A stretch of 63,786 bases of DNA, the filler included, from Nemertoderma westbladi (Eukaryota > Animalia > Xenacoelomorpha): the NCBI GenBank assembly GCA_032718475.1. It is 3 parts of 3 records of this genome, joined end to end, with 100 filler letters (N's around TTAATTAATTAA, not from the genome) between each part and the next. Parts side by side here need not be neighbours in the genome. Positions count along the whole stretch, not along the records: positions 1 to 28,962 come from JAUCBJ010003270.1; 2 more parts are not named here. One strand, 5' to 3'. Numbering within the stretch: the stretch's first letter is position 1; each line of letters starts with the position of its first letter. Below the pieces are notes generated by a model. It had not been told where the DNA came from and made no database searches. It was given only the letters and a program-made list of their open reading frames with translations. Below are positions 1-11,715 of this stretch, piece after piece. The position numbers and the translations under genes were made by a program.

Positions 1-405
1 AGACTATGCCTCACCATGGATGGGCTTTACCACTGTACTCGCATCTGCTGTCTCATTGGCTGCTCGATGCCTCAGATTAAGGGTCTAAGACCTTCAAGCT
101 GGTCATTTGCTTAGTTTTATAATTAGAAGGTCGTGAGTTCGAACCCTAGAAGAGCATTTTTCTTTTTCCTAGCTCTTGGTTAACTCTAGTATACACTCTA
201 GCTTTGACTCTCCCGCGGCTATAGTTATAGTATGCAACCTTGGGAGTTAATGTGAGTAAAGGCCAAGAGATTAGACTTCAGGCTCCCTCTATTGGTTCAT
301 TCTTCTTAACTTTATAAAATAACTCAACCCGTATTTAAAGTTTTGAAAATTATGACTTAGTCGACTAATTTTCCAAAGTATATTATAAAAACATATAATT
401 TCTTG

Positions 406-567
406 AATAAATAGACCTAATAGTAATAAATATTGTGGGGTAAATACATTTATAATACTAATATAATTATTATGGATAAATAGTCCTAATACTATTATAA
501 TTGTTATGGATAAATAGTCCTAATACTAATATAATTGTTTTGGATAAATAGCCCTAACACTATTATG
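406..567. repeat. 34-bp AT-rich minisatellite, ~4-5 degenerate copies
   Basis: Unit GGATAAATAGTCCTAATACTAWTATAATTGTTAT repeats just downstream of the stop of the minus-strand ORF. Confidence 0.75.
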
Positions 568-590
568 AAAGGAACTCAAACAAACAAATG

Positions 591-1642
591 TCAATAGCGT
601 CGTCCTGCGCGGGCATTTACTGAACGAGAGTTTTTTATCATAGGTCTTCGAAAATTAGTAAAAGCTGGTTGATTTACTTTACTTTCATCTTCCTCGTTAC
701 CCAACTGTTTCTTAATTTTATTCAATTGTTCATTAATTTTCAGTAATTTACTTTTATTTCCCAGAACCTGTCTTAATATCTCTTCTCTATTTTCCTCATT
801 TTCTTCCATTTGTTTAATAAATTTCCGCATTTGATTTTTGTTTCCTAATATTTGTCTCAATATCTCTTCTTTATTTTCATCATTCTCTTCTAAATGTTTA
901 ATAAATTTCTGTAATTTAATTTTACTTCCTAGAACTTGGGTCAATGTCGCCTCTTTATTTTCTTCATTTTCCTTCAAATGTTTAATAATTTTCCGCAATT
1001 GATTCTTATTTCCAAGTAATTGCCTCTTTATTTCCTCATTATCATCATTTTCATCCTCTTCTCCACTTTCCTGATCTTCACTTTCTTCACCCTCTTTCTG
1101 ACCTTCACTTTCTTCATCCTCTTCCCCGCCTTCACTTTCTTCATCGTCTTCCTGTTCTTCACTTTCTTCATCTCTTCCTGTTCTTCACTTTCTTCATTCT
1201 CTTCCTGACCTTCGCTATCTTCACCCTCTTCTTGACCTTCACTTTCTTCATCATCATCCTGATCTTCACTTTCTTCGTTCTCAACCTCACTCTCTTCAAC
1301 TTCATCCTGACCCTCACTATTTTCATTCTCCATCTCATCATCCTCTTCTTCTCCATCTTTCTCACTCAAATTTTCCTCATTTTCTAGGGGTAACTGTTTT
1401 TGTATCCCTTTCAAAATATTCATAACTTTATGAAATTTACTTTCCATTGTCTGTTTTATATTTAATATATCACGCTCATCTCTCTTTTTCTTTTCATCTT
1501 CACTAAAAATATCTTCGGATTTTTTAAATTTTTTTGGTAATGGAGCCATTAGTTTTTCCTTTCCATGTGTTTCCATATGACGAGATAAATTGTCTTGTCT
1601 CATTTCTTTATTACAGACCAAACAAGTTTCATGTCTATGCAT
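591..1642 (-). pseudogene. ~350-aa protein with an N-terminal C2H2 zinc finger, acidic 9-aa repeats and three ~26-aa helical repeats; split by a 1-bp frameshift near 1170
   Basis: CLVCNKEMRQDNLSRHMETH motif. The 27-bp unit loses one C at ~1171 (TCATCTCTTCC vs TCATCCTCTTCC). The restored frame reads ..DENDDNEEIKRQLLGNKNQLRKIIKHLKE.. directly into ORF 591-998. Confidence 0.65.
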
Positions 1643-1810
1643 TATATAGCAATGTCAATTGAAAATATTGAATTTTAGCTAAATGATTTTACAAAATTTT
1701 AAATAAATTAAACTTTTATGAAAATAAATAAAACTTTTTAATATAAAACTTAGAGAATGACTGGGAATGCGTTGAACGGGGGTTATTATAGAGGGAGGCT
1801 AGAATGGATT

Positions 1811-1884
1811 ATCCAATCAGAGTGCGAGGGTGAGTTAGGCAGCCAATCAGGACTCGAGGGAGGAAAGTTAAACAGCCAATGAGA
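1811..1884. promoter_or_regulatory. Three CCAAT boxes upstream of the zinc-finger ORF
   Basis: CCAAT at 1813, 1843 and 1876 (spacing 30 and 33 bp), in ATCCAATCAG, AGCCAATCAG and AGCCAATGAG contexts. Confidence 0.35.
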
Positions 1885-2096
1885 GAGCAGATGCGAGTAC
1901 AGGGGTAAAGTGCCCGCCCATCCATGGTGAGATAACGTCACACTAACTCTCAAGGATAGTTATACTCACCATTCAAATATCCCTCGCAAACCAGATTCCC
2001 CCCAGCATCTAACGTATTCCACTTCAATGCAAAATATATAGAGCTTTAGTTGGATTTGAACCTGTGCTTGTAAACTTTTTTGTGCTCGTATATTGA

Positions 2097-2578
2097 AGTG
2101 AGGCATAGACTATGCCTCACTGAGGCATAGTCTATGCCTCAGTGAGGCATAGTCTATGCCTCAGTGAGGCATAGTCTATGCCTCAGTGCCTCAGTGAGGC
2201 CTAGTCTATGCCTCAGTGAGGCCTAGTCTATGCCTCAGTGAGGCATAGTCTATGCCTCAGTGAGTCATAGTCTATGCCTCAGTGCCTCAGTGAGGCAGTG
2301 AGGCATAGTCTATGCCTCAGTGAGGCATAGTCTATGCCTCAGTGAGTCATAGTCTATGCCTCAGTGAGTCATAGTCTATGCCTCAGTGCCTCAGTGAGAC
2401 CTAGTCTATGCCTCAGTGAGGCCTAGTCTATGCCTCAGTGAGGCATAGTCTATGCCTCAGTGAGGCATAGTCTATGCCTCAGTGCCTCAGTGAGGCATAG
2501 TCTATGCCTCAGTGCCTCAATGAGGCATAGTCTATGCCTCAGTGAGTCATAGTCTATGCCTCGGTGAGGCATAGTCTG
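2097..2578. repeat. 22-bp palindromic satellite, ~21 copies
   Basis: Unit AGTGAGGCATAGTCTATGCCTC (TGAGGCATAG-T-CTATGCCTCA is self-complementary), with occasional 8-bp AGTGCCTC inserts. Confidence 0.95.
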
Positions 2579-2643
2579 TGTCAAGTCTTAAATGAGAGTC
2601 TTACAAATTCGAACGTCAACGAACAAATTCGAAGGTTACTGTT

Positions 2644-2720
2644 CCACCTTGGTGTAGTGGTTGCGTAGAATTCACATCTCTCGTATGTCATGGGTTCGAC
2701 CCCTGCATGAACCAGGGCAG
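2644..2720 (+). repeat. tRNA-derived (SINE-like) head
   Basis: A-box-like GGTGTAGTGG and B-box GGTTCGACCC at tRNA-like spacing. No convincing cloverleaf. Confidence 0.35.
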
Positions 2721-3979
2721 TTTTCGTTCGGTCAGCAATAGGCCTAACGTTGCAAAATGCAGTATTATTGCCTAGTAACCAATTCATGGCTACCGTATGG
2801 TTTTCACTTTGAGACATTAAGCCCTCTAGCGGCAGACTGGGGAACTTCATACTACTCTGTGACTCTGCAAAAGATATAGCCTATGCCATAGTAGATGCCG
2901 ATTGGGGGGTCAAATTAAGTAATAATATATCTAAATAAGTCTCAAACATCTTGCCTCATGGCTCGCCCCTTAGAACTCTTGAGCAATATAACTTCATAGT
3001 TTTTAAGGAAAACTGGTAAATGAGATGTGTTAATTACGCATACCTCGCAGTCTTAAGTAATTAATTATACAGTGGGTTAGATCGTTTTGAGAATAGGACC
3101 ATTGGAAAGAGCGCCCTCGATAACCTCAGTACAAAGTAAATTAATATGGATTAACCGGATATAGCTTGATATTATAAAACATAAATTACAGTAGAACAAT
3201 TAGGGTTGTAAATAAAAACAAATTAAATTGAAGATAAACTGTATATATATATATATAAACTTATGTATTAAAAGAGGGCCCTATTTAATTATACAGTATA
3301 CTGAAAATGGTTAGCGATACCATAATTAGATTATCGATAGGGATGCGTGGCTGTATAACAGAAGCAGGTCTGGTGCAAAGGAAAGGGATTAGTAGAGAGG
3401 AATGCGTGATTAGAGGCGCTTCATTGTTATGATACGGGCTGCCTGGATATAGGAAAGGGATAAAGCGATGCCGGCTATAATGAGAACAATAGAGGGCCGC
3501 TGGAGCATTAGCCTTGGGCGATATACGAATTTGCTGTAGTCATCGATGGGGCTGCTAACAGACGGGACCGCTCATTTATATTTGCTTTGGGGTATACGTG
3601 TAGATTCACTGCCTGTCGTATCTAGTTAATGAATAATGAGGACAGAGGAGGGGCCCCCGCCGATGAACGTAGTTGATAGTTGCCGGGAATGTGGTGAACG
3701 GGGGATGCAATAGGTAATTATATAGCTAAATATAGACATGATGTCATAGTGATCTCGTTGGTAATATAAAAACTACTTAATCTAAAAATAGAAATCAATG
3801 TATAAAGTAAAAGTAATATATACAATTAATTAATTTAAAATAAAGTACAAATGAATAATTAATTTAGAATTAAATACAAATAAAATAAAATGCAAATAAT
3901 TAATTAAAATTAGGTATAAATAAATAAGTATTAATGAATAAAAGAGCCGCGGTGTCACTTATGACACCCTCTTGGGCCT

Positions 3980-4250
3980 CTCGGCGACAGTTAGACCCAA
4001 CTCATGACTCATCGCTTAGGAATGTGACGCCTTGGGTGTCATTGGCGCCAGACTGTCTGGGTGACACCTCCCAATTAGACTAATTAGACCCCTATTAGGG
4101 TTTAATTGTACTAATTAATTGATGACACCTGTCAATTAGGGTCTAATTAGCCTAATTGGGAGGTGTCACCCAGACAGTCTGGCGCCAATGACACCCAAGG
4201 CGTCACATTCCTAAGCGATGAGTCATGAGTTGGGTCTAACTGTCGCCGAG
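3980..4250. mobile_element. Near-perfect foldback/MITE with ~112-bp arms
   Basis: 3980-4091 is the reverse complement of 4139-4250 with about one mismatch, around a ~47-bp AT-rich spacer. Confidence 0.85.
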
Positions 4251-4610
4251 CCGGCCAAGACCCTACTACTTACGTCGGTTAATCTAGTAGGCTGATTCGT
4301 GTAAAAACCTAACTGCAGATACTTTCTGTAAGAAATTATGTAATTTATTTGTCCATAGGTTTATATCGTTCCCTTTACTAAACTCGTTCATAGCATCCAC
4401 TATGCTGCTGCAGCAGTATCTAATGCACTGTGTTTGTGGATTATTTTATATATTATATGTAAAATGTTATAATATCTTTATTTTAATTTTTGATTTTATC
4501 TTTATGTAGGCCTAGAAGTTATTTTAATAAAGAATAATGTTGTTTTGAAAAACAACTGACATTTACTCACCAAAAATGTTTTTTTTTTGTTTTCTTTTGG
4601 CACTTCCTAA

Positions 4611-4810
4611 AGGCCGGTTTGCACGTAGAAAATTTGATGGCAAAATGTTCACCAATAGCAACATAATTTTGAACAACTTAACTTGTTCGCAGTGCAAACG
4701 CGGCAATATACTTTTTACAGGAACTTCGTTTTTACACGGAGCAACTTGATCAACAACCTGACCTTTTCACAAATTTGCTGAGAAAGTTGCTGAAAAAGTT
4801 GCCGCGTGTA
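4611..4810. mobile_element. PIF/Harbinger-like MITE truncated by a LINE tail
   Basis: Starts TAA-AGGCCGGTTTGCACG. The right end ..GTTGCCGCGTGTA runs directly into the LINE (CTA)n tail. Confidence 0.4.
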
Positions 4811-5723
4811 CTACTACTAGGATCGGCATGCTGCATTGCAGCTGCATTTTTAAGAATGCTGTGCCGGCTTGTCGACAAAATTGCGCCGCCACAACTCCCT
4901 ATCACCCATGACATTTGCTAGATCATCCGCATCTTCAAGGCCAGTGTCCTTTAAGATGCGTCTCAAGAAAGTCATGGGCTGTCCACCATGCTTATTCACT
5001 CCATGAGGCCGCCAAAGTACAAGATTATGCACGGTCCTCACGGCGAAAGCAATGTCCGGCAAAGCGGAGGCGATTTTGTTCTAGTGTCAAGCTTGGCGGA
5101 ACCAATGAGACACCTCCAATGTTATATACTGTCTGGTTGGAGATGTGTGCATTGAACTTGACACAATGAACCCGGCGTAGCATTCTTGCGAATGTGCCAT
5201 CCAGAGATTTGGTGTCCTCATCAGTTAGAGCCCAGCATGGACTCCCATAGAGGAGTACTGGAACTACTGCTGCTCTAAATAACCGGACCTTAAGTTTCCG
5301 ATTAATTCTCGGTGACTTCCAAATCCTGGAAAGCCTATTCAAGGCTGCCCATGCCTTTCCCTTACGTATTCGAAGGTCCTCACCTGACTTCCGGATCCAT
5401 GATCCCAGGTAACAGAAGTCATCCACATGCTCAAGCATACCATCTTTTGAGCTTATGCTCATCCGATCAGAGACTTGCTGAGGACTTTCAAAGTTAACTG
5501 TCAAAATTTTGGTCTTTCTGGAGTTAATAAAAAGACCAACACTAGAAGCAGCATGTTCTAATGAGCTGAGGAGCCGTTGGGCTCCCTCTAGTGATTCTGA
5601 GAGTACTCCTAAGTCATCAGCAAAGTCTACATCAGTTAGGTACTTGGCAGGATTTCCTCGACTTCCGGAGCCAGTAGGTGGAGTTATCATCACCCCATCA
5701 TCATTATGATGATCTAAGGACAT
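4809..5723 (-). mobile_element. RTE-type non-LTR retrotransposon (family 1), 5'-truncated 3' fragment
   Basis: RT motifs DVDFADDL, FCYLGS, VLLYGS and RLRFAGHC; (TAG)n tail. A 5-bp deletion near 5030 relative to the 48.6-kb copy frameshifts the C-terminus. Confidence 0.9.
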
Positions 5724-6912
5724 GAAAAAGGCTATTTCTCCGCCAATTTTAACTGAAATCTATATTCCAGAACCTATATTCCAAATTTCGACAAATGTCA
5801 ACAAAATTTGTTGGCTTGGTTGGCTTGGTTATTCTTATAACGATGTTAAGTAGCTAAAAAAATAATTTTCACCCAATTTTAGGGTCCAGAAACACAAAAA
5901 TGTGAGGTTCAATTTGGGGGTGCTACCCTAAAAGTAAAACTAAATATAAGTGAAACTATTCAATATTTTTTCTCCAAATTGAATATAATTTATTATTTCC
6001 AAATCTACCACTAGATTATTTGGTGATTCTAATTGGCTACCATTTAGGTGTTTGTATAGGAAACTGATTAAACTCACTACTACATTACTTCTTCTAAACC
6101 GGAGAGTAAATATACAAATCTATGTTTCTCTAAGAGGAAATACTTATAATCCAAGAATTACGCATCCGCCAACATAATTGTATTTTTCTTACCAATGTTA
6201 GTAGATTTTGCCGGGTGGTGAGAGTTCAAAATCGTACCACAATTCCTGAGTGTGCATCTCTAGTAGAATATCGAGCTCCCCTACGTTCACTGCCACTCTG
6301 TTTTCGGCCAGGGGGCCCGCTGTCGGAAAAACCTTTCAAGCGATTTGGATGGACCCCAGAGGAGTGTCATAAACAGGTTTGCGAGGTATATTAATCTCCG
6401 ATAACAACTAGACAGCTTTTTACCTCACCAATAATATACCAATAAAGTTATCTCGACTACGTTGAGAACAACGTACTAACCAATAACACCTATTAAGTCA
6501 AACACACCGATAGGATGAGGTGATGTTTGATGTAGAACTACACTCAAGAATTAAGTCCACACCAAACATGAATAAATATAAATATAACAATAACACCAAC
6601 ATCTGGTTAATCCACCGTAGGCACATTACTCATCGTTGTACTAATCAAAGACAATCGAGAGCTATACATATATAACTTCCACACCATATTAATGCAATAG
6701 TGTTAAACCCTATAAATGTTTGCTCAGTCTCTGTCAATGCATGTATGGACACTCTATACTTCTATATTCATATATCATCGCATATTGGTTTAATATTATT
6801 ACTCACAACCAACCAGTACGGTATTACATAGTTCATCTCAGTTTACAGAGAATCAATTCAAACAAGTTAGTTAAAACTTTCCTTGGGCACAGCTTTGCAA
6901 AGAGCTGGGCAA

Positions 6913-6990
6913 TGACCTCCAGGGCGGGATCGAACTGGTGACCTCTGGGTTGGAAGTCTGACGCTCTAACCATTCAGCTAGCAGCGGCTC
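6913..6990 (-). pseudogene. tRNA-like sequence (pseudo-tRNA or SINE head; loop CT-TCC-AA)
   Basis: The minus strand has D-arm TAGCTGAATGGTTAGAGC, variable loop AGGTC and T-loop GTTCGATCC, but the anticodon, T and acceptor stems are poorly paired. Confidence 0.5.
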
Positions 6991-7644
6991 AGGTAAAAGA
7001 TATACCTATGAATACTATCTGATACCTTGTATGTCCGTAAATTACGTCCTCATGGCCTCCCATCTATGATACCATCATTATGCTGCCACTGTGCTCAGCT
7101 CGTCTTTAACACATACCGCGTCCATAAACTTGCAGTACCGTTTGCACTTATTTAAAGCATAGGCCGCTTTGTCAATATTTAATGATAACAGATTCCAATT
7201 AATTATAATATCATAGGGGAGGTACACCCAGCCAATAATGATGCGATCAGTAAACTTTGATCTCGAACAACTTAAACAATAGTATGTCGATGTCCTATGC
7301 ATTTTCCCACAGTAAATACCTAAATAGTAATGTATCAATTAGAACAAACCTATTGAAATCCATTGTTCAACTGTCAATATAGAACTACTTTTAGAAACTG
7401 AAGTTATTCATGAGAAAATGTTTTCATGATAATATTACGATCGCGGGCATCGTTGTAAAAAAATTAATAATCCTATGGTGTTTATCCATCGTTAATATTT
7501 TATGAATTTTTACACATTTATTATATATTTACTTGTACTTGTACTGTATATCGTTTACCTTAATTAAATACCACAAGGTTGTCTTCCTAGGACTATATAG
7601 TTTTCATAGGACATAATTTATTATCATAGAAACGTTTGAAGAAA

Positions 7645-9663
7645 ATGGAATTGTCTACAAACGCAGCAGCTTTGATTGCGATAGTTTCAGGAGCAGTCGG
7701 TGTTATCATTTACATCATTAGTGTATTGATCGAAGGTAATAACAGGGAGAAAATGTCGGCAATGCAACAGTCAACTAGACTCCCCGACGGCACTCGCATC
7801 TCAAAATTATGTACTCCGGCTAATCCAGTGCGGAGTCGCTTTAACCCCGATGTCCGCACTACACTAGATGTATTCAACCACGGGTTGAACAACCCGCTGT
7901 CCGGCCCATGCCTCGGATCTCGGGCCTATCTCCCGGACGGCCCTTATAAGTGGTTGTCCTACACACAAGTATCCGAGATGATTAAGGAATTCGGATCCGG
8001 ATTGATGCATATCGGCGTTGAGGCTGGACAAAACACCCATGTCGGAATATACCTGAGCAACTCAGTGGAGTTTGTTGTCACTGATTTCGCATGTTGTTTG
8101 CACTCAATGGTCAATGTTCCTCTGTATGATACTCTGGGTTCGCAGGCGTTATCCTTTATTATCAACCAGGCCGAACTTGGAACTATCGTCTGCGAAAACT
8201 GTGATAAAGCCCAAAATGTACTGAATACCAGCAGTAGCATCGACCATAAAATATCCAATCTTATTATTTCGAAATGCAAAGATGCAGCCAAGTTGGATGA
8301 CCTTAAGAGTAAAGCCGCTGAAAAGGGAATTAATGTGTACAGCTTCAAAGAAGTCTGCGATTTTGGTAAGGAAACACCTCATGAAGCAACACCTTGCAAG
8401 CCAGAAGATTTAGCGGTGATTATGTACACGAGTGGAACTACTGGCAATCCAAAGGGAGTGATGATGACACATGAAAGTATAGTTGCACTCATTTCAGCAT
8501 TACAGTTGCATGTCAAACCGTGGATTGAAATTGACACCAGATTCATACATATATCATACTTGCCTCTCGCGCATGGATTAGAAAAGACCTGCGAGTTATA
8601 CATACTAAGTGCTGGAGGTCGCATTGGATTCTTTAGCGGCAATATAAAGAATCTCACGAAAGATATCATTGATGTAAAACCCAAATTAGTTCCAATGGTG
8701 CCGCGCGTGTTGAACCGCATATACGACAATGTGATGGGTGTAGTCAGCAAATCTTTGATTCGCAAGGGGATTTTCAAAGCAGCCTGTCTACCGTTGACAC
8801 CACAGTGGGTGAAATCATTGGTTTTCGCTAAAGTGCGAGCCCAGTTAGGGGGAAATTTGGAGTTTATTGTAGTAGGAGCAGCGCCAGTGGATCACAAAGC
8901 GTTAGTCTTTGCCAGGACCGTGCTGGGTGCTACAGTAGTCGAGGCTTATGGTCTTTCAGAAGCAGTTTCCGCATGCACCGCAGCGATGCCTTTCGATACA
9001 TCCAAAGGCAGCGTTGGCCCAGTGTTGTGTTGCCTCCAGTGCAAGCTGATAGATGTGCCAGACATGAATTACTACGCTAAAGATGATATGGGAGAGATTT
9101 GTTTCAAAGGGGCCAGCGTCATGAAAGGATACTACAAAGAGCCAGAGAAAACACGGGAGGCTATCGATGATGAAGGATGGTTGAGGACAGGAGACATCGG
9201 CGTTTGGAATCCGAATGGAACACTTCGTATTATCGATAGGAAGAAGGATATCTTCAAACTTGCTCAAGGGGAGTATATTGCACCGGAAAAGATTGAAAAC
9301 GTCTACGTTAAGGTCCCTTATATTGCCCAGGTCTTCGTTCATGGGGATAGTCTGAAATCGCAGCTTGTTGGTCTTATATTTCCCGACCACGTTGATGCAA
9401 TGAAACATTTCTCGAGTTATGATTCCTTTGAAGATTTGTGTGCATCGAAGGCGGTTAAAGAGACCATTATTTATGACATGAACAAAGTCGCGAGGAAAAA
9501 TAATCTTGCTGGGTTTGAACAAATTAAAGCTTTTCGCGTTATGAGTAACAGGTTAACCGTCGAAGGTGGTCTACTAACGCCAACCTTTAAAACAAAAAGG
9601 GCAGCCATCAAAAAGCATTACAGCGATATTCTAGAACAACTGTATAAAGAGTTGGAATCCTAA
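7645..9663 (+). CDS. ACSL: Long-chain-fatty-acid--CoA ligase (ACSL1/5/6-like), intronless ORF
   Basis: N-terminal hydrophobic anchor; AMP-binding YTSGTTGNPKG; SYLPLAH; EAYGLSE; GWLRTGDIG; IIDRKKDIFKLAQGEYIAPEKIE; LLTPTFK. First ATG at 7645; AATAAA at 9723. Confidence 0.95.
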   Translation: MELSTNAAALIAIVSGAVGVIIYIISVLIEGNNREKMSAMQQSTRLPDGTRISKLCTPANPVRSRFNPDVRTTLDVFNHGLNNPLSGPCLGSRAYLPDGPYKWLSYTQVSEMIKEFGSGLMHIGVEAGQNTHVGIYLSNSVEFVVTDFACCLHSMVNVPLYDTLGSQALSFIINQAELGTIVCENCDKAQNVLNTSSSIDHKISNLIISKCKDAAKLDDLKSKAAEKGINVYSFKEVCDFGKETPHEATPCKPEDLAVIMYTSGTTGNPKGVMMTHESIVALISALQLHVKPWIEIDTRFIHISYLPLAHGLEKTCELYILSAGGRIGFFSGNIKNLTKDIIDVKPKLVPMVPRVLNRIYDNVMGVVSKSLIRKGIFKAACLPLTPQWVKSLVFAKVRAQLGGNLEFIVVGAAPVDHKALVFARTVLGATVVEAYGLSEAVSACTAAMPFDTSKGSVGPVLCCLQCKLIDVPDMNYYAKDDMGEICFKGASVMKGYYKEPEKTREAIDDEGWLRTGDIGVWNPNGTLRIIDRKKDIFKLAQGEYIAPEKIENVYVKVPYIAQVFVHGDSLKSQLVGLIFPDHVDAMKHFSSYDSFEDLCASKAVKETIIYDMNKVARKNNLAGFEQIKAFRVMSNRLTVEGGLLTPTFKTKRAAIKKHYSDILEQLYKELES

Positions 9664-10304
9664 GTAAATAATAATTAGAGACTATAATATGTTATTTATG
9701 TAAAACTTAACGTGTCAAGGCGAATAAAGTTTAGTAGCCTACACTGGTCATGGTAGTTAGTATTAGGATAAATTAATTATATCTTATTAATATTTGGGAT
9801 GTGCTATAATTAACAAAATTATTGAGTGGGTATCCATGAATAAGCCAACCCCATCCGACAATCACCGAACTAATATGAAAATGAAATTATTTCACAAATC
9901 AAACTATAATAAGAAAGGGCTATGTAGTTCAGCCCCGAATATTTTCTGCGATTTCCAAACTTACTTAGTTTGAGCAAATTTGGCATAACTTCATGAATAC
10001 CTGCCCAGATATCTTTAAAAATTGAATAATTATTTTTTGGAAATTTTTTATATAATTATTATACAGTAATAAATAGTTAACTCAATATTACTTATAATTA
10101 TTACTTATATTACTATTACTATTATCATTTGATGTCAATTCCTTCTTCACTCACAAGACGCATTCTGAACCTCACTCAGATACTTAAATAAGTCAGAAAG
10201 TCTCGATGCACGAAGAATCATCAACATAATAATGTTGAATCGAATCTGCGATCCTGAGGCTGAGAGAGAGAGGCACCGGCATCAATCAATCTGCAATCGA
10301 CATT

Positions 10305-10834
10305 GAGATGCTATGCTGGCTTAACAAAAAATGCATTACAATTGGCTTGCTGTAATTCAGCGTGCATTACGAAAGGTATTCCGGCTTAACGACAAAATTG
10401 CACCGCCACAACTCTCTATCTCCACCAATGACTTTCCCGAGATTATCCGCATTTTCAAGACCAGTGTTTTTTAAGCGGCGTCTCAATGTCTCATTGTCTC
10501 CATGGGGCCGCCAAAGCACACGATTATGCACAGGCCCTCCTCACAGCATAAGCAATGCCCTGCAAAGCGGATGCGCCTTTGTTGAAGTTTCAAGCTTGGG
10601 GGAACCAATGAGACACCTCCAATGTTATATAGTGTCTGGTTGGAGATGTGTGCATTGTACTTGACACAGTGAACCCGGCGTAGCATTCTAGTGAATGTGC
10701 CATCCAGAGATTTGGTGTCCTCAGCAGTTAGAGCCCAGCATGGACTCCTATAGAGGAGTACTGGAACTACTGCTGCTCTAAATAATCGGACCTTAAGTTT
10801 CCTATGTATTCTGTGTGACTTCCAAATCCTGGAA
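10305..10834 (-). mobile_element. RTE family-1 3' fragment, degenerate
   Basis: Translates to RIWKS..KLKVRLFRAAVVPVLLY..RFAGHC, homologous to 4809-5723. Confidence 0.85.
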
Positions 10835-11227
10835 GGACCATTTGTGGCGGCCACAATAGAAAGGGACCATTGACATTTTTCATAGTTCTGAGAAACACGC
10901 CTTTAAAGATTGGAAATTTTTTGCAATAAATCTGCTGATAAAACTCTTGTTATGACGGAAATTCAAATTAGTGTTTATCTTATCTGTTTTATCTGTTTTT
11001 GGTTTAACTAGTGTTTATGTTATCTTTTTGTAACTCTATCTTAAATTATGGAAGTGGAATTTAATTATTTAACTGACAGACTGAGTACATGCATTAGCAG
11101 ATCTGGAACAACTTGAGGAGATTGTTGGTATCGATAATACTGATAATAATGAAAATGTGACAGCATTTGCTGGTTCGATATATTAATTATGTAATTATTA
11201 ATTATACTGTAATAATGTATTAGATCC

Positions 11228-11496
11228 AATAATAGAAAATACTAATATCAGTTCACTTATCTGTACCTGTATCAAACTGTCCAGTACACTAATGTGTATC
11301 TCTTACACTACCCCCCCCCCCCCGTCCAGTACACTAATGTGTATCTCTTACACTACCCCCCCCCCCCCCCGTCCAGTACACTAATGTGTATCTCTTACAC
11401 TACCCCTTGAATAATAATAGAAAATACTAATATCAGTTCACTTATCTTTACCGGTATCAAACTGTCCAGTACACTAATGTGTATCTCATCTCTTAC
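11228..11496. repeat. Local tandem duplications with poly-C tracts
   Basis: GTCCAGTACACTAATGTGTATCTC occurs four times, mostly followed by TTACACTA(C)n. The AATAATAGAAAATACTAATATCAG block is duplicated. Confidence 0.8.
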
Positions 11497-11715
11497 AATG
11501 GTAGTACCAGCAGCTGGTGTTTCTATCGTTGAGTTGATGGAAATTTTCGTGTTTTGACGATATTTTTCGAAATAAAAAAAAAGACACTTTAATAATTTTT
11601 TTCGAAACCATTTTTTCCACATCTTGGGGTTGAGCTGTTGTCGATTTATATAATTTTCATTGACGGACGAGCTATAGCTTCGTAGGAGTTCACCCGATAT
11701 ACATAGATAGATAGT

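Larger units (their letters stand above)
10..1931. mobile_element. Putative inverted-repeat-bounded element carrying a zinc-finger/acidic ORF
   Basis: ~10-63 (CTCACCATGGATGGGC...TCTCATTGGCTG) is the imperfect reverse complement of ~1873-1931. A single interrupted ORF lies between the two repeats. Confidence 0.5.

Noticed and set aside
3340-3720. Relatively GC-rich island that might be coding
   Set aside because: No long ORF or recognisable motif on either strand.
6913-6990. Functional tRNA-Gly(TCC)
   Set aside because: The anticodon, T and acceptor stems do not pair properly; kept only as a tRNA-derived sequence.
7710-9522. Antisense ORFs within ACSL (and similar ones within the kinases and retroelements)
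   Set aside because: Shadow ORFs of real coding sequence with no motifs.
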